Shown here piece by piece: positions 39,856 to 50,806 of a DNA stretch of 64,000 nucleotides. The DNA comes from Candidatus Bathyarchaeota archaeon (lineage in GTDB: Archaea > Thermoproteota > Bathyarchaeia > Bathyarchaeales > Bathycorpusculaceae): NCBI GenBank assembly GCA_963826715.1, contig CAWGYA010000007.1, forward strand, positions 211,445-275,444. Direction: 5' to 3'. The notes beneath the pieces are model-generated. The model searched no databases. It had not been told where the DNA came from and saw nothing but the letters and a program-made list of their open reading frames with translations. A program made the position numbers and the translations under genes. Position 1 is the stretch's first letter; each line of letters begins with the position of its first letter.

Positions 39856-40256
39856 AACAACCAATCTAAAACCTTACTTCCCTTTTTTTAGTTTTAAACC
39901 GAGAGAAATATGGGTTGAAAAGACTTTGGCAATTACTCTGATGAATAAAGCCATAGTTCATCATTCGTGTTTGCATTTGGAACTCTCCTATCTGCCGAGT
40001 CTCAACAAACCATTTCTTTTGGTTAATTTATTTGGACTGCTGCCCGTATTATAAACATGTTGGCATTTTTAGTGTTTTTTTGGACAATTTTATTGTTATA
40101 AGCTTTAGAATCGATATTTGTTTGAGTGTATGTATCGGCAATTTTAGTATTTTGAACGTTTATCAAAAAATAGCTATTTAATCGATGCGAATGTATCGTT
40201 TATATATTTGTTTGAATAAACCAGAGGAATAAATACGCATTAAAATAGGGAAGCAG

Positions 40257-41549
40257 ATGGAGAACGCAGCGGACATCGCATGGCTTCTTATGTCAACCGC
40301 AATGGTTATGTTAATGACTCCTGCCTTGGCCTTCTTCTATGGTGGGTTAGTCCGCAGAAAAAATCTCGTCTCTACACTCGTCCAGTGCATTATTATCTTT
40401 GCCGTCGTTAGTTTGATATGGTTTTTTTGGGGCTACAGTCTAGTTTTTGGTCCCAGTCTAAACGGTATCATAGGCAACCTTTCTCTGGTGGGATTAAACG
40501 GTTTAACAATAGACCACATAAACGTAACCTATGCTCCCGCCATCCCTGAAGTATTGTTTTTCGCTTTCCAGCTAAAGTTCGCCGCTATCACACCTGCTCT
40601 AATTATCGGTGCGTGCGCTGAACGCATACGGTTTAAATCCCTGCTGATATTTGTTATTCTCTGGTCAACCTTCGTTTACTCCCCCATTGCACATTGGGTA
40701 TGGAACGCTGACGGTTGGCTGCATGTTTTAGGTGCATGGGATTTTGCCGGGGGGATAGTTGTTCATGTAGCTGCTGGTCTCTCCGCCTTGGCGGCGGCTC
40801 TAATTGTTGGAAGAAGGCAAGGATGTATTTACTGGAAAGACCAACTCAAAGCACTTGACCGTAAAGTTAACAACAGTAAAATGCCTGCAATGGGAACTGA
40901 ATTCAAACCTACCAACATACCCTACGTCATACTTGGTGCAGGGCTTCTATGGTTTGGTTGGTTTGGCTTTAATGGCGGTAGTGCTTTGGCCGCTGATAAT
41001 ATCGCTGTTTCAGCTGTTATCGCTACCAATTTGGCGGCCGCGGCAGCTGCGGTAAGTTGGATGCTTCTTGATTGGGTAATAAAAGGCAAACCCTCCGCTA
41101 TTGGCATCTCTGTTGGGGCGGTTTCGGGTATGGCAGCGGTTACTGCGGCTGCGGGCTACGTAAACTTTACTGCGGCTGTCCTGATCGGTTTGGCCGCAGG
41201 GATAATTTCAAATTTAGTCGCTAACTGGCGAGCGGGGCGCTCTCGAATCGATGATACCTTAGATGTATTTGCTTGTCATGGAGTTGGCGGTATTATTGGT
41301 GCGGTAGCGGTGGGTTTGTTTGCAACTGCTGCAGTTAACCCTGTAGTTCAGGGTCTTTTCTATGGCAACCCTGTTCAGCTAGGTATTCAGGTTCTGGCAG
41401 TTCTGGTTGTCGCAGCCTTCGCTTTCTTTGGGTCTTATCTTCTCCTAAAGCTGGTGGATATTTTCTCGCCTCTTCGCGTGAGCCCACAGGAAGAAGATGA
41501 AGGATTAGATTTGAGCCAGCATGGCGAAGAAGCTTATCACCTAAACTAG
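40257..41549 (+). CDS. amt: Ammonium transporter Amt (copy 2)
   Basis: Same Amt motifs; clear paralog of copy 1. Confidence 0.95.
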   Translation: MENAADIAWLLMSTAMVMLMTPALAFFYGGLVRRKNLVSTLVQCIIIFAVVSLIWFFWGYSLVFGPSLNGIIGNLSLVGLNGLTIDHINVTYAPAIPEVLFFAFQLKFAAITPALIIGACAERIRFKSLLIFVILWSTFVYSPIAHWVWNADGWLHVLGAWDFAGGIVVHVAAGLSALAAALIVGRRQGCIYWKDQLKALDRKVNNSKMPAMGTEFKPTNIPYVILGAGLLWFGWFGFNGGSALAADNIAVSAVIATNLAAAAAAVSWMLLDWVIKGKPSAIGISVGAVSGMAAVTAAAGYVNFTAAVLIGLAAGIISNLVANWRAGRSRIDDTLDVFACHGVGGIIGAVAVGLFATAAVNPVVQGLFYGNPVQLGIQVLAVLVVAAFAFFGSYLLLKLVDIFSPLRVSPQEEDEGLDLSQHGEEAYHLN

Positions 41550-41636
41550 TTTTAGATTCGCTGGTTTTTATTACTGCTACTGTCGATTATTTTTTTAGAT
41601 TAAAATTCAGTTTAGATGAGAGCTGCTATCTCCCAG

Positions 41637-42476
41637 CTATTTTCTCAAAAATTCCCGTTTAACCTCATCTATGCTTGAACCCAAAATTTCGATATTATCT
41701 ATTTCACCGACTTCTTTTTGGTAAGCGCCTCTAATATGGCTGATTTCATGAGGGTTAAACCCCATAACTCTGGCGCATGTGGCGTCGGTGGAGACGGGAT
41801 CTTTACCTGCTATTATTAAATTCATCTTAACGGGCTTTCCATCAGTAGGTCCCCGTCCTTCCATCGCAACGAATCCATCCACAACTGTCAGGTGAGGTTT
41901 TAGAACTGTATTAATGTCAACAATGACTTTACTTATGCCTTTGGTATGATACTTGAATTTGAGTTTGTCGGGAAGCATTCCAAACATGTTCTTCATGCCC
42001 AATGTCACTTTTGTTGCCATGTGGGTTTTCATTTTGGCGGCACTAATAATGGCTGATTCGGTAGCTATACGGGGAACAGTGATTTCTTTGAGGGCGTCGC
42101 CGTTGGGAATGGTAATTTTAACTTTGTCTTCTATATGCCTTAGGTTAAGAGTTTTGACGCCGTTGCGTTGGCACATTTCAGCCATACCCGTGGCTTCAAA
42201 TGCTTTATCGGCATTAGTCATGGTTGCGTCAGATTCCACGACAAAGATCTCTACAGGTAGTTTTTGGAGTCGTAGAATAATTGCTTCAACCATAAGGGGA
42301 TCTGTTGTAGCGCCAGTATCCCAGGTCATGGTTGTTATAAAGTTGACTTTTATTAGGACTTTGCGGAAGCCAGCGAGGGCAGACTGGTAGTCTATTAAAT
42401 CCAGTGCTTCAAACACTGGTTCATGTCCACGTTCACCTCGAACAATTGCAACTGTGGATTTTGGCTTGGAAAACAT
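41637..42476 (-). CDS. DUF362 domain protein
   Basis: VLIKVN, TTDP, KMKTH..VTLGMKNMFG, VVDGFVAMEG.GP, DPVSTD. Confidence 0.85.
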   Translation of the reverse strand: MFSKPKSTVAIVRGERGHEPVFEALDLIDYQSALAGFRKVLIKVNFITTMTWDTGATTDPLMVEAIILRLQKLPVEIFVVESDATMTNADKAFEATGMAEMCQRNGVKTLNLRHIEDKVKITIPNGDALKEITVPRIATESAIISAAKMKTHMATKVTLGMKNMFGMLPDKLKFKYHTKGISKVIVDINTVLKPHLTVVDGFVAMEGRGPTDGKPVKMNLIIAGKDPVSTDATCARVMGFNPHEISHIRGAYQKEVGEIDNIEILGSSIDEVKREFLRK

Positions 42477-42540
42477 AGTATTTAGTGAGTTATCCTATAG
42501 CTTTAACCTTTATCCTCTTGTAAGGAGCCAAAATTATCTA

Positions 42541-43488
42541 TTATATTCCTGGAATTGAGAGACCTACTGATAAAGCGGTTAAGAAACCTGCGGCCAAGCC
42601 CATTATGATTGGAAAAGGTAAACCCGGAAAGATGCCTCTTTTTTCAAGCATATAAAGTGTTAATACAGAGCCTGTCATGATGCCAAATATTGATGCAATC
42701 ACTGGATAAAGTGAATTTGGAAATCCAAATATCATGGCGCCTGTGAGCATTGAATAAAATACCAAGTCCCCTAGCCCCATTTGTATTTCCTTGAATGAAA
42801 AACTTAAACCCTGCAGCTGGTCAAGTCCAGAGGATTGAGCAATTTTACCCACCGGTCCCTTATAAACAGCAAACACGTCGTAGATAGCCAAGAAAATCAA
42901 AATTAAAACGGCGCTCCACAGCGAGATCCCTGCGATGTTGTAGCCAAAGAACATACCTAACGCCCCACCCATTATTATAACGGCAGCGTTGCGGGGAACG
43001 TTGCCTAAACGGAAAATTGCTAAATCAAAGGTTGCTGTAAAGAAAAGAGAAAGCGGAATGATAATTAGCCAATTCCCTATGATTGGAAAGTATTCTGACA
43101 GAGCGATTAAATAAACTATTGAAAGCAGCAGTGCGGCTGTAGTTAGTGCAAAAATTATTAGACCTTTGATTATTCGCTTACTATTCCGCTTGAGTAGAAT
43201 ATAGAATAAAGTTGCGCTAATTGCTATGAGTACTAAAAAGTAGACCGCGTTTCCCCAATCAGCACCTGGGGTCCCTGGCGAGATGGGCGTGACCTGCGTG
43301 GGAGGTACGGTTTGAGGCAATAATGCAAATGCGCAGACTAACCCAAAAAGTATGCTTGCCAGTATTGGTAGGATGTAAACGAATTCAAATTTGAATCTGT
43401 CCTGTTCGCTTGGTTTAGGTTTACCTTGTTGTTGAGTCACTTGGCTTTCTCCTGTTTGGGTTCGGTGCTTGTTGTTTGTAGATTGCAA
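42541..43488 (-). CDS. Presenilin/signal-peptide-peptidase-like GxGD intramembrane aspartyl protease
   Basis: IYD, MGLGDL and PGLP motifs within TM helices. Confidence 0.85.
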   Translation of the reverse strand: MQSTNNKHRTQTGESQVTQQQGKPKPSEQDRFKFEFVYILPILASILFGLVCAFALLPQTVPPTQVTPISPGTPGADWGNAVYFLVLIAISATLFYILLKRNSKRIIKGLIIFALTTAALLLSIVYLIALSEYFPIIGNWLIIIPLSLFFTATFDLAIFRLGNVPRNAAVIIMGGALGMFFGYNIAGISLWSAVLILIFLAIYDVFAVYKGPVGKIAQSSGLDQLQGLSFSFKEIQMGLGDLVFYSMLTGAMIFGFPNSLYPVIASIFGIMTGSVLTLYMLEKRGIFPGLPFPIIMGLAAGFLTALSVGLSIPGI

Positions 43489-43583
43489 CGCTCACAGAAT
43501 AAGTTTTGTTTTTTCTTACTCAAATCCATTGAAAATCGCCTAAATGCGCCTCGGTTTTTTAAATAAAGGCGATCATATTTTTT

Positions 43584-44840
43584 TTAAATGTTGAATTGGT
43601 CGCCCGTTCGTGGAGCTACTGCTTCCAATCCAAGTTCTGTTCTTGCCCAATTTGCAAATAGCTCACAATTTCCCTCTGCGCCATGTACCATGTAAACTTT
43701 AGGTTTGCCTCCGAGTTTGGCGAGGGCTTCTTTGAGTTTACTTGCACCGCAATGGCTTGAGAAATCAAAGTGTCGGTATGCTGCTTTGATTTTTCTTACT
43801 TTTCCATCGATGGTACAAATTCCTTTTTCCATAAGTTCACATCCGGGAGTGCCTGGGATTTGGTAGCTAACAAGATAAACTGCGTTTATGGCTTTCTTGC
43901 CTAGTTTAGATATGTAAAACGCAGCCGGTCCACCTTTAAGCATGCCCGCAGTTGAGATAATAACACCGGGGTTTTCGAGAGCTTTTTTGCGGTCTCGCCA
44001 ACCTTCTACCCAATTACAACTATGCATGGCGTTCATGAATAGTTTGGGGTCTTTTAGGAATTCTTTGTAGTTCATTATTACTCGGCTGGCTTCTCGTGCC
44101 ATGCCATCTATGGTTATAGGGTATTCAAAGTGGCTAGCCGTTAAGATGCATGCCATCTCTTGTGCTCTCCCTACACCAAAAGAAGGCACCAGTACGGTTC
44201 CGCCAACTTCTACCACAGCGTTGCAGGACTCTACAAATTGCCGCTCCACTTCTTTTCGTTCGGTATGATTTGCGTCTGCATAGGTGCTTTCTATGACGAC
44301 TGCGTCTAAATTGTCGTAATCCATTGATGCGCCAGCTAGTAGTTTGCTTTCTTCAGTGTTAAAGTCGCCTGTGTATAGGAAGCGTTTGTTGTCTGCTTCA
44401 ATTAGCACCTGCGCACTTCCAGGGGTATGTCCTGCATTAGCCAGCTTCATTTTCATGTCTCCAATAGTTTCTTCCTGTCCAAATTCAAGGTGGTGATTGT
44501 TTTGCATCATGCTTTCGAGTTCAAGGTATTCAAAGGGGAGGTAGTAGCTGGAAAGGTGGATGAAGTCTTTAATGAGGAGCTGTGATAGTTCAAGATTGAG
44601 TTTGTTTGTATAGAGAGGGATTTTATCGTTAATGTAGAAAAGCGGTAAGGCTCCGGAGTGGTCGAGATGGCTGTGGGTTAGAATCAATGCATCCACATCT
44701 TTGGGTGGGATATGCCTTGGGAACCCTGGTTCGTTATCTAACATAACACCGTAATCTAGCACAACTTGAGTCTTAGCTGACTTAACCGTGATGCCAAGTC
44801 TGCCAACCTCTCGCGCACCGCCCAAAAATCCAATCTGCAA
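43584..44840 (-). CDS. Beta-CASP metallo-beta-lactamase ribonuclease (aCPSF2-like)
   Basis: GGAREVGR, THSHLDH, AGH, TGD, ESTY, FSSH, VHG. Confidence 0.88.
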   Translation of the reverse strand: MQIGFLGGAREVGRLGITVKSAKTQVVLDYGVMLDNEPGFPRHIPPKDVDALILTHSHLDHSGALPLFYINDKIPLYTNKLNLELSQLLIKDFIHLSSYYLPFEYLELESMMQNNHHLEFGQEETIGDMKMKLANAGHTPGSAQVLIEADNKRFLYTGDFNTEESKLLAGASMDYDNLDAVVIESTYADANHTERKEVERQFVESCNAVVEVGGTVLVPSFGVGRAQEMACILTASHFEYPITIDGMAREASRVIMNYKEFLKDPKLFMNAMHSCNWVEGWRDRKKALENPGVIISTAGMLKGGPAAFYISKLGKKAINAVYLVSYQIPGTPGCELMEKGICTIDGKVRKIKAAYRHFDFSSHCGASKLKEALAKLGGKPKVYMVHGAEGNCELFANWARTELGLEAVAPRTGDQFNI

Positions 44841-45153
44841 ACAAACCAGCCTTTCACGTATGGTTATAGATAAAAATGGGCTTATGCTGTTTTAAAAATG
44901 TTCGGGAAGAATTCAGAAAACGACTTTTTATTAGGGTTACGCGTTTTTTTGTTTCTACAAAAATAAAAATATTGTTAATTCTTTGCCACAATTACTTATT
45001 ACAAGTGGTATCAGCACGTATTAACGCTTGCATCTAAATCTTGTGTGATATTGGTTCCTTGTCCATAACTGCATCTGTTCTATTTCAATTTAGGTAAACG
45101 GCTACAAAAGACTTTGAACGGCAAAACTGTTAGAACTATACAAGTTGATAATA

Positions 45154-45762
45154 TCAATTTACTGGTGGTCTTGGTAATTGAGCTTCGACTAAACCCTTTT
45201 TTATTGCCGCTAAAACCGAATCTACCTCTAACTTAGACTCAATTCGATTAGAAACACTAAACAACTCCGAAACCATATGTGCATCACTACCTGCGGTTCC
45301 GGGCAAACCGAGTTGATTCGCGAGTTCTTTGGCTTGTTGGTTTGCCTCTTTGCTTGAGCCTCCGTTCAGAACTTCTATGGCGTCGACTTTTATATTTCGC
45401 GAGGTCTCGCCCATTCCATATGTTCGGAAAGGATGAGCTACAATTGAGACACCATCAATGGATTTTGCGAAATCTGCCACATTTTCGGGTGACCAAGGCT
45501 TTGGTGGCAGTTCATAAGTACCTAAAACTACCATGTCCCCTTGTGGTGTGCTGATCTCACATCCGGGGATAATTAGGATGTCGGGGTAGGCGCGCGCTAA
45601 CTCTACCGTTGCTTTGCACCCTCTGACGCTGTCATGGTCGGTGATCGCCGCGACTTTGATGTAACTATGTGCAGCGAGCATGTCGATCAACGTTTTAGGT
45701 TGAATGAGCGAATCCGAAGAATAGATTGTATGAATGTGGAAGTCTGCAAAGAGGAGGGTCAT
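45154..45762 (-). CDS. PHP domain phosphoesterase
   Basis: DFHIHT, AITDHD, AHP, GSDAH. Confidence 0.9.
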   Translation of the reverse strand: MTLLFADFHIHTIYSSDSLIQPKTLIDMLAAHSYIKVAAITDHDSVRGCKATVELARAYPDILIIPGCEISTPQGDMVVLGTYELPPKPWSPENVADFAKSIDGVSIVAHPFRTYGMGETSRNIKVDAIEVLNGGSSKEANQQAKELANQLGLPGTAGSDAHMVSELFSVSNRIESKLEVDSVLAAIKKGLVEAQLPRPPVN

Positions 45763-46024
45763 ATGTTGCTTATAGGGGTTGGATGCTAAAAAGTTTCTTG
45801 GTTGATCAGCTTTCAAAATTTGGGGTTGTTTAGGTTATTTTTATTATTTTCTTCGTTCCTTTTTAGTTTACTGTACGGCATTTTCTAGGTCATTGGATCG
45901 ATTTCGTTATTCTAAGTTTTAGACTTTTTCGTCTATATTTATCAAAAAAATGTAGGTTTAGATAAAATCTCGGGTTTAAGCTTTCAGGAATAATACTTTA
46001 CTTCTTATTTTCAAAATATAACTT

Positions 46025-47650
46025 TTAGTCGCCTACTTGGTTGCGCAAAAGTTCTTCTAATCTGACAAGAAGATCTCTTGTTCCAGAAAAATGAGCGTCG
46101 GCTGAGCCAAATCTAAGATCTTTTGACTTACACGCTGTATTGCATGCAGTTTTGATGTTGTCTCCCCATAGGTTTTCATCGTTTAACAAAACAACTCCTT
46201 GGTAGTTGCTACGCTGAATGTATTGAGAGACTTGAGATGCAACGTACATGATAGTTCCTAAATCTAGTGGCAATGTGGTTTCATGCTGACTGAGCGGGTA
46301 GACTTCATCAAGTTCTAATGGGATTACACCAAATGGAGCGGCGTAAACACAAAGATGTACTTCTTTCCTTTTTTCTGATAGACGGCGAAGAAGATGGCGG
46401 ATTTTTTTCATTTCAGGTGCCTTGTGGAAGGGTTTACAGCGGGTTTGAGGCACTAAAAACAGGACTTTAGCTTCAGTAGGCGGAGAGAAGCGCTCGCTAA
46501 GGCGTTTTTGGTAATGAGTGATTTCAGGTCTTACCAACCCAACTTCGTCGAAATAGAAAAAACCGCTACTTTTTACGGCTGGACTGTACTTTTCTAAGAA
46601 GTCACTTTGACTGCGGATATGTTTTAAGGCAGAGAGCAAAGCAGGGTGGGCATGGAGGCGCATTTCAGTGTGTTCCCAGAGTCTGCCGTCTCGGATAGCT
46701 TGTTTAATCCTGCGTAACTCGGCAACGCAGACATGAAGATTATGTTCCGCTAGCGCAATTTCCCGTTCTTTGGGGGTTTTCTTTCGTAAGCTCTCTGGAG
46801 TATCAGAGATACATTGGGGGCAACTGCAGGGGAAATAGTCAAGTTCCGATAGTCGCCAGGTTCCGTTTTCGGTCATGTAGCGACCTTCACGAGCATATAG
46901 CGCGTATGCGGCGCTATCGAAAAGATCACACCCCAAGGATACAGCGAGCGCGAACATGGAGGGGTGACCTGCGCCGAAAAGGTGTAATGGGCGCTCAATA
47001 GGGATGCCTTTTTTACAGGTTATTATCATGTCGGCGAGGACGTCATATCGGTAGTTTTCCATAACCTCTGTGGGACTGCCTAGGGCGTGGATGGGGAAAT
47101 CGAGTTTACCCATTTCTATAGCTGATTGCGCCACTAAATCGAGGTGTCGCCCCCCTTGGACTGGTCCAACCCAGAGGATGTCATCACAGGTTTTTTCTTT
47201 AAAAAAGGCTTTGGCGCGCCTTAAAGTTTCAGCCACAGTAACTTCTGCTTCCTCTTTGGTGACTTTCCACCCTGTTGGGATATCAAGTATAGTGGCTATG
47301 TCGCTTCCTATATCTTCTTGATAGTTAACGATTTCTTTTTGGGAAACTTCAACTTCGCCGTAAACAAGAATTTGATAAGCGCCGGAATCGGTCATGATTG
47401 CGCCATCGTAGTTGAGAAATTTGTGCAAACCACCGATTTCAATAATTTTGTTACCGTACCGTTTTTTGTTAATGTAGCTATTGGTGATTAAGGCTTGACA
47501 ACCGAAGGTTTCTTTGAGTCGCTTGCAGGATATCGGTTGGTTGTTGGGGTTTATAACCGGGAAAAGTAAAGGTGTCTCCACTGTGGCAGATTTAGTTTTT
47601 AGTTTGCCGATTCTGCCAAGCAAATCTTTCTCTTTAATTTCGAAGCTCAA
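46025..47650 (-). CDS. tgtA: Archaeosine tRNA-guanine(15) transglycosylase
   Basis: MTDSGAYQ, LDIPTG, PVQGG, HLFGAGHP, DLFDSAAY, CSCPQC. Confidence 0.93.
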   Translation of the reverse strand: MSFEIKEKDLLGRIGKLKTKSATVETPLLFPVINPNNQPISCKRLKETFGCQALITNSYINKKRYGNKIIEIGGLHKFLNYDGAIMTDSGAYQILVYGEVEVSQKEIVNYQEDIGSDIATILDIPTGWKVTKEEAEVTVAETLRRAKAFFKEKTCDDILWVGPVQGGRHLDLVAQSAIEMGKLDFPIHALGSPTEVMENYRYDVLADMIITCKKGIPIERPLHLFGAGHPSMFALAVSLGCDLFDSAAYALYAREGRYMTENGTWRLSELDYFPCSCPQCISDTPESLRKKTPKEREIALAEHNLHVCVAELRRIKQAIRDGRLWEHTEMRLHAHPALLSALKHIRSQSDFLEKYSPAVKSSGFFYFDEVGLVRPEITHYQKRLSERFSPPTEAKVLFLVPQTRCKPFHKAPEMKKIRHLLRRLSEKRKEVHLCVYAAPFGVIPLELDEVYPLSQHETTLPLDLGTIMYVASQVSQYIQRSNYQGVVLLNDENLWGDNIKTACNTACKSKDLRFGSADAHFSGTRDLLVRLEELLRNQVGD

Positions 47651-48055
47651 GATTGTGAAACCTACAATTGATGCGTAACTCGCTTATTAAAAACATTAGC
47701 TCAAAATGATGTTTGCTAACCATTAGTAATAAGCACGGAGGTTTTTTCTGTCAAAGCGAAGGTTTATTTCAGGATAATAATGCCCGAAGTTAATTTTGCT
47801 AAAACTATGACAAAGATGTTGGCTATCGTGAAAAAGAGAAAGTCAATTCATTGTTGATTAAATTGTAGATTTATGTAGGCTTTTTTTTACGTCGTAGGTA
47901 CCAGTATACTCGCGATTATTGAAAATTTTAATTGGCTTAAATATCAAAAATGTAGTTGGTGGAGAAACCTAAAGGCCGATTAATGCTCTTCTAATATGAG
48001 GCATCTCTTTATATCAGCAAGTTCTCTAACTTACCAAAATAGAAGGCAAAGTGTC

Positions 48056-48808
48056 ATGGTCTGCGCAATCGATATAATCGAGAAACCTCAACTCAACGAC
48101 CCCATTTTAATCGAAGGGCTACCGGGAATCGGCTTTGTAGCAAACATTGCAGCCCTACACCTAATCAAAAAACTTAATGCCAAAAAATTTGTTCAAATCT
48201 TCTCCTCCAGCTTCCAGGACTTTGCAATAACAACCGAAGACGGTGGAGCCCGCACACCGATAAATGAGCTCTATTATGCAAAACGCGAAGACGGCGGACG
48301 CGATATCATCATCTGGTATGGTAACACACAGGCGCTTACTACGGTAGGACAGTACGAACTCGTGGGCAAAGTCCTTGATATAGCACTGGATTTAGGCTGC
48401 AGATTTGTCGTCTCAATCGGTGGATTCAAAAAAGATGAAGTACAGCCTGTTCCAGCTATTTATAGTACTGCAACCGATTTGGAAACGATGCAAGATGCAC
48501 TAGATTTAGGCACCAAAGTCATGGTTGGTCACGTCTTTGGAATTGCAGGTCTCTCGATTGGACTTGCGCGGATTAGGGATTTGAAGGGTTTCTCACTTCT
48601 AGTAGACACGCCAGGCATGGATCCGGATATCAATGCAGCTCGGCACGCGCTTCTTACCTTAAGCAAATACCTAAAATTAGAAGTAGATCTGTCGAGTTTA
48701 GAAGCAAGTGGCGAAGAAATCAAAAAAATGCTCGAGTCATTTGGAATTATTCGAAGCATTACAGAAGAAAAGAAGAAAGAGGAACAGCAATTACGCTGGT
48801 TTATTTAG
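48056..48808 (+). CDS. Proteasome assembly chaperone (PAC2) family protein
   Basis: LIEGLPGIGFVANIA, SIGG, FGIAG. Confidence 0.85.
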   Translation: MVCAIDIIEKPQLNDPILIEGLPGIGFVANIAALHLIKKLNAKKFVQIFSSSFQDFAITTEDGGARTPINELYYAKREDGGRDIIIWYGNTQALTTVGQYELVGKVLDIALDLGCRFVVSIGGFKKDEVQPVPAIYSTATDLETMQDALDLGTKVMVGHVFGIAGLSIGLARIRDLKGFSLLVDTPGMDPDINAARHALLTLSKYLKLEVDLSSLEASGEEIKKMLESFGIIRSITEEKKKEEQQLRWFI

Positions 48809-49227
48809 GCTTTAGCTTCGCTCATGAATTGATCATAGACTTTCTGGACGCGGTCAGCAGCTGGTCCAGAGCCTTCCACGATGCCTTTTTCTGTTAGTTT
48901 AACTTTGTCCATGACCCAGATGAAGCCATTGTCCTCATAAAGTTTAACCATAGTTGGGAAGACCTTTTCTAATCTCCCTGCTAGGGCTTTGAGGTCAAAG
49001 GGTTTTTCGGCGCTAGATATTTGGGCGACGATTGTACCGTTTATGATGAGGCGGTTGAGGATTTTTCCGTTTTCGTCTTTTACGTCTGCTAAGGTTAAGC
49101 TGAGGGTATCTGGGTTGATGCCGATGAGGGTGCCATTGAAGATTTTTCCGTTAGTGGTTACGACAGCGACTACTTTTTCTGATAATGCTGCCACTTCTGT
49201 AAAGTATTTTCTTTGAGCTACAGACAA
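48805..49227 (-). CDS. Lsm/SmAP3-type RNA-binding protein
   Basis: Sm1/Sm2 motifs (GKIFNGTLIG..LTLAD..IINGT) plus C-terminal domain. Confidence 0.85.
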   Translation of the reverse strand: MSVAQRKYFTEVAALSEKVVAVVTTNGKIFNGTLIGINPDTLSLTLADVKDENGKILNRLIINGTIVAQISSAEKPFDLKALAGRLEKVFPTMVKLYEDNGFIWVMDKVKLTEKGIVEGSGPAADRVQKVYDQFMSEAKA

Positions 49228-49559
49228 CTTTTATTTCTCCTTATTTGTTTTATGAGATTGCGTTTCAACTATTTATCTCCAACTGTCTCTTAGCTGAAAC
49301 TTTCAGTAGAAATGCTATAACGAGTAGGCTTATGAAGAATCTTTGAAATTGTAAATAGTGAATAAATTATTAGCGGTGTTTAAGCTACTTACTATTTCAG
49401 GGTAATTGATAGTATGGTTAGTTTGAGGACCTTTCTAGTGACTCAAAATTTTTTTGCGCTTTGATGATGATTATGCAATACAAGCGAAAAGGAGGTTAAT
49501 TCTGCTTGGCTTCAACAAAAAATTATGAAATTGAAAGTGCTTGTAGTGTTGGTGAAAGA

Positions 49560-50348
49560 CTAAATGAATTTGATAATCATTTGAATACTAATTAGAATAA
49601 GGGTCGCGCCAAGGATTAATTGAAGCCTATCACCTGAAACTTTCTTAGATAGCCAAGCGCCAACTTGTGCACCTATAAATGCACCTATTGCAAGCAAAAG
49701 CGCAAACGTAAAATCTATGTTTCCAAGTGCATGATGTTGAAAAACTCCGAAAACTGAAGTTAATACCATTACAAACATTGAAGTGGCTACCGCAACATGA
49801 ATTGGCACAAATACTACAAATAACAAAATCGGTACCAACAAAATGCCTCCTCCAATACCCAGCAACCCAGAAGCTAAGCCTACAAAAAAACACAATACAA
49901 AACCCGTGATTAAATGCGACCTATCAGCAAAACAATCCCTCTCGCATTTAACGGTTAGTTCTTTATCACTATTTTTCCTTTTTCGAACAAGTTTGTTAAC
50001 TGAGATAATCCTGATTGCAATTATTATTAGAAAAACACTGAAAATGATGCTTAAAATTGTTCCAGGTAAAAAAGAAGTTAAATAGGCTCCAACAATTGCC
50101 CCCGGTGCAGTTATTAGTGCAAAAAGTAATCCGACCTTAAAATAAACACGTTTTTGTCTGGCATAACCTATAGAGGCACCTATTCCCCCAAAAACCATGA
50201 TCAATAAGCTTGTGCCTATAGCATGATCAGGTGAAAACCCATACCCCAACGTTAACAAAGGTACGAAGAAAACTCCTCCACCTATGCCCGTCATGGCGGC
50301 AATTACTGCAATAAAGAAACCTAGAAGAGGAAGAATCAGTTCCCACAA
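49560..50348 (-). CDS. TauE/SafE (TSUP) family transporter
   Basis: Two GIGGG repeats, AIGTS/AVATS. Confidence 0.88.
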   Translation of the reverse strand: MWELILPLLGFFIAVIAAMTGIGGGVFFVPLLTLGYGFSPDHAIGTSLLIMVFGGIGASIGYARQKRVYFKVGLLFALITAPGAIVGAYLTSFLPGTILSIIFSVFLIIIAIRIISVNKLVRKRKNSDKELTVKCERDCFADRSHLITGFVLCFFVGLASGLLGIGGGILLVPILLFVVFVPIHVAVATSMFVMVLTSVFGVFQHHALGNIDFTFALLLAIGAFIGAQVGAWLSKKVSGDRLQLILGATLILISIQMIIKFI

Positions 50349-50491
50349 ATTATTAAAGACTCCATTCTAAAACATTTTCTATTAAGATTAATATAATCTC
50401 TTCTTCGGATACATTGGGTTTAAGCTTTAAAATCAGATGAGGCGGGTCACCGAAAGCTCTAAATGTGCACAGCACCGTATTTTTGCAGAAC

Positions 50492-50569
50492 GGGCCGGTA
50501 GATCAGCCTGGTATGATCGCCGCGTTCGCAACGCGGAAGCCGCGGGTTCAAATCCCGCCCGGTCCACCA
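50492..50569 (+). tRNA. tRNA-Ala(CGC)
   Basis: GGGCCGG/CCGGTCC acceptor stem with G3:U70, anticodon arm CCGCG-TTCGCAA-CGCGG, T arm GCGGG-TTCAAAT-CCCGC, encoded CCA. Confidence 0.96.
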
Positions 50570-50806
50570 CATAAAATTGGGTATGCCGTAGTTCTTGTTG
50601 ATTTCTTTTTATATGTGGAAAAATAACTTGCGCCCGTTTACTATGTTTTTCTTGAATATACGGCAGGCTATATTACTGACGTCCTCAAAATGATTACAGA
50701 ATTGCTATTAGAATTCGAGGCGGCACAGCTGAGTCTCGATAAATCCATCTAAATAATTTTCATGCCCAATAGTAGAACGGTATAGCGTGGCTTGAAACTC
50801 TGAAAA

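Noticed and set aside
39938-39975. Hammerhead ribozyme (CTGATGA)
   Set aside because: No stem II plus GAAA core follows
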